Origin: a virus
Virus record (IMG/VR): IMGVR_UViG_3300008050_000022
Span: 41,938 to 105,937 of that record
Length of the DNA: 64,000 nt
Direction: 5' to 3' (one strand)
Shown: piece after piece, positions 55,394-63,723 of the stretch
Numbering within the stretch: the stretch's first letter is position 1
How the letters are laid out: each line of letters begins with the position of its first letter
Position numbers and translations under genes: made by a program
Notes under the pieces: model-generated
What the model was told of the DNA's origin: nothing
The model's input: the letters and a program-made list of their open reading frames with translations, nothing else
Databases searched by the model: none

Positions 55394-55812
55394 TCCATGC
55401 CAATCATCGCCTGCACCAGGACCTTCTTGTCGAGGCGCACCAAGCTCACATCTCTCAGGCTTAGGGCGGCGAACGTGTCTTCTATCTCGCTGATCCAGAT
55501 AACGCCGTCAGGGATATCCCCGAGGTACTCGAACCAGAGCCGCCCTTCCGTCTTCCAGGCAGGAACCCGCGTGTCGGAGCCTACCGGCTTTACCCAACCC
55601 CTCTCACCTTCGAGCTCTAAAAGCTCTGGAAGGTGGTCCTCCCGTAAAGCGTTTTCGATCTCCCAGACAAGGGCGTCTAGGTCATGAGGGTGAGGGGCCG
55701 AACCATGTAGGAGGACCTGATCCTCCGTGATCAACCCCTGGGTCTTCATCGAGATCAGGACCTCCTTCGGAATAGCCCCGAAGGCGATCAGAGTGTCCGT
55801 TAGTTTCGACAC
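55390..55812 (-). CDS. Hypothetical protein
   Basis: GGAGG SD; coupled to the downstream gene. Confidence 0.7.
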   Translation of the reverse strand: MSKLTDTLIAFGAIPKEVLISMKTQGLITEDQVLLHGSAPHPHDLDALVWEIENALREDHLPELLELEGERGWVKPVGSDTRVPAWKTEGRLWFEYLGDIPDGVIWISEIEDTFAALSLRDVSLVRLDKKVLVQAMIGME

Positions 55813-56353
55813 GGCGTAGATCCTCCAGTCGGATTAGTAGGCCCCGCTCTACCTCCATCGGCAGAGCGTCCTGGGAGGGGGCCATGCAGGCAACCAGATC
55901 GCCTACTCGTAGTTGGTCAGACTCCACCACTACGCCGCCTGCCACGATGAAGTCCCTGTTCAGAAGAGAGATCTCGAAGCCGCCCAGCTCGCGGAAGGCC
56001 TGCACACTGCCGCAGGCCCAGTGGGAAACGAACGCCCCGGAGCGGGCAGCCAGGTGAACGCACTCGAACAGGACCTCCTTCAAGGAGAGATCGGTCACGT
56101 TCATCTCGATCAGGTCGTTCTCCATCACCACGGGCACGGGGTCCGTGAGGCCGGAGAGCTCCTTCTGCTGCTTTCGAAGAGTGGCCTGCTTGTGCGCCTC
56201 TGCCGTGCGCTCCAAGTACATCTTCCGCTCACCGAAGTCGATGACCACTGAAGCTACGCCGCCGGCTACCAGGTAAGGGCGCAGTACACGACAGACCTCG
56301 GCAGCGTCTGTGCGATGCAGTCCGACTACGGAGCCTACTAGCTCAGAACTCAT
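55682..56353 (-). CDS. Hypothetical protein
   Basis: 223-aa ORF; its 3' end overlaps the next gene. Confidence 0.65.
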   Translation of the reverse strand: MSSELVGSVVGLHRTDAAEVCRVLRPYLVAGGVASVVIDFGERKMYLERTAEAHKQATLRKQQKELSGLTDPVPVVMENDLIEMNVTDLSLKEVLFECVHLAARSGAFVSHWACGSVQAFRELGGFEISLLNRDFIVAGGVVVESDQLRVGDLVACMAPSQDALPMEVERGLLIRLEDLRRVETNGHSDRLRGYSEGGPDLDEDPGVDHGGSGPPTWFGPSPS

Positions 56354-56522
56354 GTACTTGGATCTCCTCGACCTTCTGTCGATCCTGCCGAACCTTGTTC
56401 GAGATGCCCTTCAGGAACTCCGTAACCAAGGCGGACAGAGTAGTTCCCCTCTCGCGGGCGTACTCCTGCACGTCGCTCTTGATCTCCGAGTCAACCCTCA
56501 TCTGCAGTCGATCAGTCTTCAT
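56343..56522 (-). CDS. Ribbon-helix-helix DNA-binding protein (59 aa, not in the ORF track)
   Basis: Hand translation MKTDRLQMRVDSEIKSDVQEYARERGTTLSALVTEFL..., a typical RHH pattern. Confidence 0.8.
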   Translation of the reverse strand: MKTDRLQMRVDSEIKSDVQEYARERGTTLSALVTEFLKGISNKVRQDRQKVEEIQVHEF

Positions 56523-56558
56523 TTGTACGTCCGGCTGTGAGCACGATACAGGACTCCG

Positions 56559-56711
56559 TTACTTCTTGCGACTCTTCGCAGGAGTCGTAGCGATTTGACG
56601 AACTCGCAACGAGGGCTGGGTACGTCCACGACGTACTACCGTCACTCTACGATCCTCGGGAGTACTGACCTTCGAGGTCTTCCTACAGCCACAGGGTTTA
56701 CGACCCGCCAT
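56559..56711 (-). CDS. Small basic protein (50 aa, not in the ORF track)
   Basis: GGAGAG SD; MAGRKPCGCRK...AKSRKK. Confidence 0.5.
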   Translation of the reverse strand: MAGRKPCGCRKTSKVSTPEDRRVTVVRRGRTQPSLRVRQIATTPAKSRKK

Positions 56712-57447
56712 ACCACTCTCCTCTCACCGGCCCTGGAGAAGCCAGAGAATCTACGATCCTGTTTCTTAGCCCCCACCGAGTGTCATTGCCGTTGGGACCT
56801 CGAGCCATCCGCTGGTTCTTACTAGCACTCTGCCGTGGGGCAGCGGGGTGATGCTGGTGAAGTACGGCCTTGCCCAGGTCCGCCATCCTGCCACCTCCGG
56901 CCCTTCTAACGTAATGAGTATCCTCCCACCCCCAACCAGCGAACCTCTCGTCGAGGCCCTGAAGATCTGTGAACCTGGCGAATGTGTCTACTGCGAACAT
57001 CCCCCAGGTCATGTGATCTCCGCCGTCCCAGGCACGCGATGCTAGAGCGCTCAAGCACTCTGTTGTCCCGATCCGAGAACTCAATCGTCTCGGTCGAACA
57101 CTGATCGGCCGCTTCTCACCTGCACGAATCAGGTCGGCGACCTGCTTCACAACGTGCGGTAGCGCGATCGCGTCCATGTCCACAGCTACTAGGTGCCGTG
57201 CAGTCCCCTGCAGGTAGCGAGCTCCTACGTTCACCAGCTTGGCCCTGTTGAAGGGGCCGGGGATCGGGAGCACTCGAAGGTAGTCGATGCCTAAAGAAGA
57301 GCAGAGGTGCTTCAACCTCGAGCTCTCGCCCTCCTCAACTACAACGATCCTGTTGAAGGGGTGGGACTGTGCACAGAGGGAGCTCAGGCAGTTCCGTAGC
57401 CGCCACTCTTCTCGACCCCGTACAGGCACTACTGCCGAAAAGGTCAG
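56698..57447 (-). CDS. GT-A fold glycosyltransferase (GT2 with GT7-C-like C-terminus)
   Basis: FSAVVP.R.R...L..CL.SL..Q, IVVVE, FNRAKL.N.GA, DxD (DMD), GLDERF.GWG.ED, HQHH. Start uncertain; CTG at 57447 proposed. Confidence 0.85.
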   Translation of the reverse strand: MTFSAVVPVRGREEWRLRNCLSSLCAQSHPFNRIVVVEEGESSRLKHLCSSLGIDYLRVLPIPGPFNRAKLVNVGARYLQGTARHLVAVDMDAIALPHVVKQVADLIRAGEKRPISVRPRRLSSRIGTTECLSALASRAWDGGDHMTWGMFAVDTFARFTDLQGLDERFAGWGWEDTHYVRRAGGGRMADLGKAVLHQHHPAAPRQSASKNQRMARGPNGNDTRWGLRNRIVDSLASPGPVRGEWYGGS

Positions 57448-57755
57448 GCCGCCTGCTGAATGTCCAGCATTCCCTTGAGGTACCGCTCCAGGCCGGCGAC
57501 TAGCGGGTATTGCAAGGCCACCCACTCCAGGACCCAGCAGTTCATCGACTCGAGGTGAAGCTCCTGAATGTCGTCCTCTTCGTCTAGAGGCATCTCGATC
57601 ACGCCTGCCCACTGCTTCCTCCAGGCTTCTGCTAGGCGCTTGTGCATGGAGATGTCGGTGGCCATGAAGTGGGGGAACCACTGCCACTGGATCTCTAGGG
57701 CTGGAGGAGTTCCCTCCTCCTCAGCCGCCTTCGTGTTCAGGAAGAGGCAGCGCAT
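57444..57755 (-). CDS. Hypothetical protein
   Basis: TGATG overlap gives the start at 57755. Confidence 0.7.
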   Translation of the reverse strand: MRCLFLNTKAAEEEGTPPALEIQWQWFPHFMATDISMHKRLAEAWRKQWAGVIEMPLDEEDDIQELHLESMNCWVLEWVALQYPLVAGLERYLKGMLDIQQAA

Positions 57756-57988
57756 CAGCCGGCCTTCACCTTGTCTCCGATGCTGACCTTGTCCACGAGC
57801 TTCAGCGTGCCCTTCTTGAGGTTCTTCTTGACGGGTTCGACGGGGCGGCCATGCGGGCAACCTGGTCCGAAGTCCGCAAGGAACTTCTCCGAAGGCGTGC
57901 CTCCTAGAAGCTCGAGCACTTCCTCTTCCTCGCCGGCGAGCCACAGCTCTGCCAGATCCTGACACTCTTCGATCGGTCTCGTGCTCAT
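57755..57988 (-). CDS. Small hypothetical protein
   Basis: AGGAGG SD; CPHGRP motif. Confidence 0.7.
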   Translation of the reverse strand: MSTRPIEECQDLAELWLAGEEEEVLELLGGTPSEKFLADFGPGCPHGRPVEPVKKNLKKGTLKLVDKVSIGDKVKAG

Positions 57989-58019
57989 GGGGCCTCCTGT
58001 ACGGTCAAGTGTACGTACA

Positions 58020-59060
58020 TTACCTTAGCCATGTTCGCAGATCAGAAGCAATTCTCTCGCCGGCCCCTCCCTCCCATTTGGGAGGAATGCCAGCTGTTTT
58101 TGCATGTGCTCCTAGATCCAGCCGCCGAATCGATTCCGGAGAAGCACCTATGAGCGTGTTTGTTCCCTCCCACACCGTAGTGGGTCGCTCAGTGTTGTTG
58201 CGTACCGTCGCACAAGGCGTGTTGAGTACGGTCGTCTCCTCCTGCACACCTCCGGAGTCCGTAATCACCAGGCGAGCTCGCTGCATCAACCACAGACAGG
58301 TGAGGTACCCCACTGGAGGCACTACCTGCACTCGAGTGTCCATCACCCCCAAGGACCGCAAGCGGTCTCGGGTACGGGGATGTACTGGGTAGATCAAGGG
58401 GACCCGCTCCGCCAGCTCGTCCAATGCCTTGAACACTGCTGCCAGTGTCTCGGGATCGTCTACTAGGCCTGGGCGGTGCAAGGTCACCAACGCGAATCCT
58501 TGGGGCACGTCGAAGGTGGGGGCTCTCTCCTTCTCCCGAAGAAGTAGGGCCGCCTCCGTCAAGACGTTGCCTACCCACCGGACAGACTCTGTTGACTTGC
58601 CCTCGTCTACTAGGTTCTTTGCTGCCCACAGGGAGGGTGCATACAGCCTGTCTGAGATTACGTCGACCGCTAGACGATTGATCTCCTCTGGCATGGCCCG
58701 GTCGTACGAGCGCAGCCCTGCCTCTACGTGTCCTAGTGGGATCTGGAGCTTGGAGGCTACTAAAGCTGCGGCCAGGGTCGAGTTGGTGTCCCCGATCACC
58801 AAGACTGCATCTGGCCGGTCTTCGAGGCACTTGGCCTCGAAGGCAGCCATGATCCTCCCGGTCTGTACAGCGTGGCTTCCAGAGCCCACCCCAAGGCTCC
58901 AACGAGGCTCAGGCAGGTCCAGCTCATCAAAGAAGATGTCCCGGAGCCTGGCGTCGTAATGCTGTCCCGTGTCGCACAGGAAGAGACCTTCTACTGCTCT
59001 TAGCAACGGGACCGCTTTGATGAAGTGGGGTCGAGCCCCGACTACTAGACAGATCTTCAC
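58020..59060 (-). CDS. wecB: UDP-N-acetylglucosamine 2-epimerase (non-hydrolysing)
   Basis: VGARPHFIK, TGQHYD, GDTNST, HVEAGLRS, MPEE.NR, TLHR, PVHPRT, TDSGGVQEE, TERP. Confidence 0.96.
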   Translation of the reverse strand: MKICLVVGARPHFIKAVPLLRAVEGLFLCDTGQHYDARLRDIFFDELDLPEPRWSLGVGSGSHAVQTGRIMAAFEAKCLEDRPDAVLVIGDTNSTLAAALVASKLQIPLGHVEAGLRSYDRAMPEEINRLAVDVISDRLYAPSLWAAKNLVDEGKSTESVRWVGNVLTEAALLLREKERAPTFDVPQGFALVTLHRPGLVDDPETLAAVFKALDELAERVPLIYPVHPRTRDRLRSLGVMDTRVQVVPPVGYLTCLWLMQRARLVITDSGGVQEETTVLNTPCATVRNNTERPTTVWEGTNTLIGASPESIRRLDLGAHAKTAGIPPKWEGGAGERIASDLRTWLR

Positions 59061-59085
59061 AGCTCTACCGGCACGGCCCAGGACA

Positions 59086-60723
59086 TCACGCTATGACCCT
59101 CGAGACGTCCTTACCCTTGTAGACCACAGAGCCGTTTGACGTGAAGTGTGTCGGCCCCACAGTCCACGTATGTGTCCCTCGATCCAACCTACGGGTCATC
59201 AGGAAGTTGTACCTGTCCCCGGAGTACACCTTGACCCCCGCAGCTCGGCAGTCGTCCAAGAACGCCGTGTCCGACCCGCGTGACAGTTCTCTGAACTTGA
59301 TCCGAGCAAGGACTTCTCTTCGTACGACAAGAGTGGCCCCCGATACCCAGTTCACGTACTGGTGCTCCTGCCCCACATCCCGAAGTACCGTTTCCCCGGA
59401 CTCCTCTAGATACACGAAGTGGGACTTCTTCCCCACTATCCCCGCCTGCGTATACCGGAACTTCAAACACTGGTCCCACAAGTAGTCGGCTGCGTAGAAG
59501 TCGTCGTCATCAAACTTGGCCCAGTACCTGCCCGTACTTGCCGAAACCGCCACGTTGAGGCACCGCCCCAGAGGCCTCTGCTCGGGAACCTGTAGAACCT
59601 TCGCGCCGGGGAAGCGGGCCGCTACCTGCTCTGAGACCGTCTGCAGGTCGAATGCATCGTTGTTGAGGACTACTACCAGCTCCTTGTTGGGGTACGTCTG
59701 CCGCTGGAAAGCATCTAGTGCTCCCTGTAGTAGCTCGGGGCGATTAGTGACCACCGCCACAGTGGCCTTGGGCCAGCGCTCCCGCACACGCAACCCCAGC
59801 ACCTCACGGATTACGTCCGCCCGATCCCGGTACGCGTGCTCTCGCATCACCTTGCGGTACCCCTTCTGGGCAAAGCGGTCCCGCCACTCCTCATCCCCCA
59901 GCACCTTCTGGACATGCTGGCTGGCCTCGGCCCGACTCCCTGCCGTTAGGACTACGTCACCCAGCATCTCGTCTACAGCGCGAGTCGGGTTCGTGATCAC
60001 AGGGGTCCGGGACGCCAAGAGCTCGAAGACTCTTCGAGCCATCATGGTCGGAGAAGAGGTGACTGTGTTGACGTTCAGGAACGCCTTGTAGCCCTTGTAG
60101 CTCTTCACCATCTCTGCGTAGCTCAGAGAACCCCTGACGTACTTCCGGAGGGCTGGGGGGAAGGTGTACCGGGGATTCTTCTCCGCCAGGTGCCGATCAA
60201 ACACGTCCAGCGAACCGGACCTTGCCGCTCCCTGTAGCAGGATCTCCAGATCCTTGCACCTTTGAGGGTATTGGCTGTACCACGACCCTGCAAAGCAAAC
60301 AGCGCTCTTCCTGCTGCCTGAGTTAACGGGGTTGTGCACCTTGGGCTGAGCCGCGAAGGGCAGTGCTTTCACCTGATCGTGCCCGAGGTCTCGCTTGTAG
60401 CGATCTACGCACTCTGCATCTGTCGTGAACACCCAGTCGAACAACCGGGCGCTCTGCAAGAAGTCTTCGTAGTGAGGAGGGTCCTCCTTAGCTCTGAAGA
60501 CCCTGGGGATCTGCAGAGCTCGACTAAGTCGAGCCAGGCGGACCAGATCAGGAGAAGGTTCTCCGTAGATGCACCCTGCCCACTCGTTGAAGTTCGGTCG
60601 CCACCCACTCTCTACTAGGAGTAGATCCTCTTTCCCAGAGATCGAGAAGTCTCTGGGTACGGGGGACAGCTTAAACTCGGGGGCCCACCCCCGGAAGGAG
60701 AACTCGTCCAAGATGGAAAGCAC
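59086..60723 (-). CDS. Two-domain glycosyltransferase (CgeB/GT1_2-like + GT2-like)
   Basis: ILDEFS, KEDPPHY..F, LPFAAQP..HNP, FAGSWY, LNVNTV..SPTM.ARRVFE; then LG.CLN, KFDDDDFY..DYL. GTG start at 60723 proposed. Confidence 0.88.
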   Translation of the reverse strand: MLSILDEFSFRGWAPEFKLSPVPRDFSISGKEDLLLVESGWRPNFNEWAGCIYGEPSPDLVRLARLSRALQIPRVFRAKEDPPHYEDFLQSARLFDWVFTTDAECVDRYKRDLGHDQVKALPFAAQPKVHNPVNSGSRKSAVCFAGSWYSQYPQRCKDLEILLQGAARSGSLDVFDRHLAEKNPRYTFPPALRKYVRGSLSYAEMVKSYKGYKAFLNVNTVTSSPTMMARRVFELLASRTPVITNPTRAVDEMLGDVVLTAGSRAEASQHVQKVLGDEEWRDRFAQKGYRKVMREHAYRDRADVIREVLGLRVRERWPKATVAVVTNRPELLQGALDAFQRQTYPNKELVVVLNNDAFDLQTVSEQVAARFPGAKVLQVPEQRPLGRCLNVAVSASTGRYWAKFDDDDFYAADYLWDQCLKFRYTQAGIVGKKSHFVYLEESGETVLRDVGQEHQYVNWVSGATLVVRREVLARIKFRELSRGSDTAFLDDCRAAGVKVYSGDRYNFLMTRRLDRGTHTWTVGPTHFTSNGSVVYKGKDVSRVIA

Positions 60724-60794
60724 CCTGCCTTCCGTGGACGAGTTCTCCTTCCGGATCCGCGGGGTCCTCTGTTCTCGGGGCCGTCTAGTCGAAG

Positions 60795-61298
60795 CTACGC
60801 GGACTTCTTGGCGGGCACGACCTCTGTCAGATACGCGTCCTGGGAGATCAGCCACATCGCCTCCTCGAGCTGCTCGTGGATCAGGTTGAGCTCCCACGTG
60901 CTCGGAGACCAGGTGAGGACCGTGTGCAGCGTCGGAGGGTTGTCGTCATCGCCGGGAACGATCTTCTTGATGGTGACCGTTGCGCCCTCGATCAGGTACT
61001 CCGCATCCTTGCCGGGCTCCAGGATGTCTTCCGGGTCGTCGATCGGCTCGAAGGAGAGGAAGATGTCCTGGGTGTGAAAGGAGAGGTTAGGGATCGCGTA
61101 CTTGAGCATCTCCGAGCAACTGCCGAAGAGGAGCTCCTGAACCTCGGATCCCAGCTCACGGGCGAAGGCCGCAGTTGGTACCGGGATCTCTACGTAGAGA
61201 TCTACGATGCGGATCCGATCGTCGTCCGGCCCCTTCTTCTTGGGCACGAGCTTCTTGAGGACGACTTCGAGAGGACTGGTGAAGAAGCTGCTAGCCAC
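60795..61298 (-). CDS. Acidic hypothetical protein
   Basis: High GC3 ORF. Confidence 0.75.
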   Translation of the reverse strand: MASSFFTSPLEVVLKKLVPKKKGPDDDRIRIVDLYVEIPVPTAAFARELGSEVQELLFGSCSEMLKYAIPNLSFHTQDIFLSFEPIDDPEDILEPGKDAEYLIEGATVTIKKIVPGDDDNPPTLHTVLTWSPSTWELNLIHEQLEEAMWLISQDAYLTEVVPAKKSA

Positions 61299-61506
61299 AG
61301 ATGGCCCCCTTACTGGAGTTCTTGACGATGGCCTCGAACTCTAGCTGAAGCATGTCTCCAGGGGGCAGCTTCGCCAGCTTGAGGCACGTGAAGTCCGTTG
61401 CGAACTTGAAGAAGCCCTTGGTAGCGAAAGTCATTCCGTTCTTCTCCTCCAGCCGGAATTCGCTACCATCTCGCTCCAGGGTCTCGTTCATCTCTTCGAT
61501 AGTCAT
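61291..61506 (-). CDS. Small hypothetical protein
   Basis: ATGA coupling. Confidence 0.65.
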   Translation of the reverse strand: MTIEEMNETLERDGSEFRLEEKNGMTFATKGFFKFATDFTCLKLAKLPPGDMLQLEFEAIVKNSSKGAICG

Positions 61507-61817
61507 GTGTGCTCGTTGGGCTCGTTGGTTGAGACCTCGACTCCTAGCGCACGAAGGGCTGCTAGGAAGCCAGCAGCAGCCTCATCGTAGGTGAGGTCGG
61601 GGCCGATGATGATGTGCCCGTCTCCAGTGATCGTCAGGTACGTCTTGTTGAGGTCACCTCCATGGAAGACGGTGTCGAGGGGAAGGTTCGACGGCACGAT
61701 CGTAGGATCACCGCTGGACTCCAGAGGCAGACCCTGCTCAGCGCCCTCAAACGCAGGACCGCACGGTCCGGGGTTATGTCTGCCGCCGCAGCGACCGCAA
61801 CCAACAATGCCAACCAT
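61503..61817 (-). CDS. Hypothetical protein
   Basis: GAGGAG SD; CGRCG..H...C. Confidence 0.65.
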   Translation of the reverse strand: MVGIVGCGRCGGRHNPGPCGPAFEGAEQGLPLESSGDPTIVPSNLPLDTVFHGGDLNKTYLTITGDGHIIIGPDLTYDEAAAGFLAALRALGVEVSTNEPNEHT

Positions 61818-61981
61818 CAGTCCTGCTCCTCTTGAAGACGCTGAGCCGTCCTCTCGAAGTCCTTCTCAGTGACTTCGATATAGCTTCTGACCACGAGGGC
61901 TACATGGCAGGTGCCGCACACAGCACTACCTCCTTGGGCCGTCAACGGGTGGTGCCCGAAGTTGGGGTCGAGTTTGCTCAT
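61817..61981 (-). CDS. 54-aa hypothetical protein (not in the ORF track)
   Basis: ATGA and TGATG overlaps fill the gap exactly; CGTC motif. Confidence 0.6.
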   Translation of the reverse strand: MSKLDPNFGHHPLTAQGGSAVCGTCHVALVVRSYIEVTEKDFERTAQRLQEEQD

Positions 61982-62298
61982 GGGATCACCTGCAGGCTGA
62001 GCCCGAACCCACCATCAGCGGGGTCCGTCGGGTCTGGGGCATGGGCCACCAGGCGCAGGCCGGGGATGGCCTGGTCAAGCAGCGTGTTGATGAGGCCGAG
62101 ACGAGACAGGGACAGGTGGCCGTCGTCGTGCTGGAGGGTGACGACGTCCTTGAAGTAGACGACGACAGCGTCCTTGCGCTCTCCGGACTCCTGAGGCAGA
62201 CGGACTCCTCGACCGGGAGTGAACGGGTCCATGATCGGTTCGCAGAGCGCTTCGACCTGGTCGGCAGGGATGGGAAGAGTGGCGGGTCCGAGCTTCAT
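61978..62298 (-). CDS. Hypothetical protein
   Basis: Coupled ORF. Confidence 0.7.
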   Translation of the reverse strand: MKLGPATLPIPADQVEALCEPIMDPFTPGRGVRLPQESGERKDAVVVYFKDVVTLQHDDGHLSLSRLGLINTLLDQAIPGLRLVAHAPDPTDPADGGFGLSLQVIP

Positions 62299-62522
62299 GC
62301 GACGTCCTCGAGCTTCTGCTTCAGGTACCGCAGCATGGGCATGTCCGCCGCCAGAAGCTCCTGCTCGGTGACCTGGAAGGTGGTCTCCCCGGCCTTGAAC
62401 CGGAGCTCGTTGGCGACCTTCTCGATCAGGCGGATAGGTGATCCTGCCTCCACGAAAGCCTTGTTGACGCCCGCCACGTCGCGGGACAGGAAGATCGAAG
62501 CGAACTCTGTGAAGGTGCTCAT
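62295..62522 (-). CDS. Small hypothetical protein
   Basis: ATGA overlap with the endolysin stop; begins MSTFTEFAS. Confidence 0.7.
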   Translation of the reverse strand: MSTFTEFASIFLSRDVAGVNKAFVEAGSPIRLIEKVANELRFKAGETTFQVTEQELLAADMPMLRYLKQKLEDVA

Positions 62523-62537
62523 GCGACGTCCTTGAGC
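62295..62537. repeat. 19-bp direct repeat pair at gene junctions
   Basis: tcatgcgacgtcctcgagc (62295-62313) vs tcatgcgacgtccttgagc (62519-62537), 18/19 identical. Confidence 0.8.
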
Positions 62538-63493
62538 CAGGGCAGGATGTGGTCGTTGGCGCTCAGGGCGTTGACCATCTTCCTGCAGGTGGCGGTGTCG
62601 ATCCACTTCACACACTCGAAGTGCTGGCCGTCCTTGCGGCTGCGGTACCAACCGCCCCAGTAGAAGCCCCACCTCTCGAAGATGGTCACGAGTCGCCTCA
62701 GGGAGCCCTTCTCACCGACCAGGGCCGGCTGCTTGCCGAGACCGTTCCAGGCCATGTTCAGGTCGATGGCGACGGCGAACGCGTGGTTACTCAGCGTGGT
62801 GGTCGACCCCCGGATGAACCGCATGTTGTAGGTGCCGCCGTACGTCAGCAGCAGATCTGCAAAGCCCGCATCGTCGGCCTCCTGGAAGGCCCCGAGCAGC
62901 TGGGCTGCCGCCAGCTTGTGAAACTGGCAACGGCCTGAGCTCGGTGTGCCATAGACGTCGACCCCGACGAGCTGCGGGACCTTGATGGTGACGACGTTCT
63001 CGGTGTACCAGTCGTTGAGCTGGGGCGTTGACAGCTTATGAGTCAGAACAGGCTTGCCCTCGACGAGCTTGTACTCGAGCGGACCCCAAAGATCCTGGCG
63101 CTCGTCCTCGCTGAGGTAGACCAGATCGGCCCGACCATCCCCGTCCAGGTCGGAAGGGGCGGGGTACTTCGGGTCCATGTACCCGAGGCCGTGCTCGGCC
63201 AGCGTCGTCGACTTCGGGACGGTCCTGTCCACGGGGAGGGGGCGCCACGGAGGGTTGAGCCCTCGAGCCACTGCAGCATCCGTGGTGTCGTCTCCGACCT
63301 TGCCGTCGACGGCGATGCCCCACGCAGCCTGAGCTCGCTCAGTGGCGTCCTTTGTCTTCGGTCCGAAGTTCGGGCTGTAGTCGCCGACGTAGATGCCTTG
63401 GCCGGCGAGGAAGCTCTGCCAGGAAAGGATCCAGTCTCCCTTGCCGCCGTCACCAGCGGTGCCCTTGTCGCCTCGCTTCAGATAGACGGTCAT
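62519..63493 (-). CDS. Endolysin: peptidoglycan-binding domain + M15 zinc peptidase
   Basis: LKRGDKG...WQ.FL...FGPKT..A....Q...GI.VDG.VG..T; R..RG.....S.HA...AIDLN...FERWGFYWGG......D..HFE. Confidence 0.9.
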   Translation of the reverse strand: MTVYLKRGDKGTAGDGGKGDWILSWQSFLAGQGIYVGDYSPNFGPKTKDATERAQAAWGIAVDGKVGDDTTDAAVARGLNPPWRPLPVDRTVPKSTTLAEHGLGYMDPKYPAPSDLDGDGRADLVYLSEDERQDLWGPLEYKLVEGKPVLTHKLSTPQLNDWYTENVVTIKVPQLVGVDVYGTPSSGRCQFHKLAAAQLLGAFQEADDAGFADLLLTYGGTYNMRFIRGSTTTLSNHAFAVAIDLNMAWNGLGKQPALVGEKGSLRRLVTIFERWGFYWGGWYRSRKDGQHFECVKWIDTATCRKMVNALSANDHILPWLKDVA

Positions 63494-63621
63494 ACCGCGA
63501 CCTCCGCAGCGACCCCGAGACCGAGCCGCACGGCCAGGTGCTCCGACCCATGGTCGACCATGCGCTTCTCCAGGGGTTCCTCGATGCCTGTAGTCGGAAT
63601 CATCTCTTTGGGATCACTCAT
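63490..63621 (-). CDS. 43-aa hypothetical protein (not in the ORF track)
   Basis: GGAGG SD; ATGA overlap with the endolysin start. Confidence 0.5.
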   Translation of the reverse strand: MSDPKEMIPTTGIEEPLEKRMVDHGSEHLAVRLGLGVAAEVAV

Positions 63622-63723
63622 TGCGACCTCCGTATGTGGCCCGCCGCCCCGTACACGAAGGTGGATCTGCCCGTCTTCACCGAGCCTGAATTCGCCGCGA
63701 GCGACATGTAGCCCGCGAGGTGC

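Noticed and set aside
57444-57965. Long N-terminal extensions in the ORF track (also 5677, 31674, 33152, 57687, 60897, 62672)
   Set aside because: They overlap real upstream genes; SD-led or stop-overlapping downstream starts fit better.
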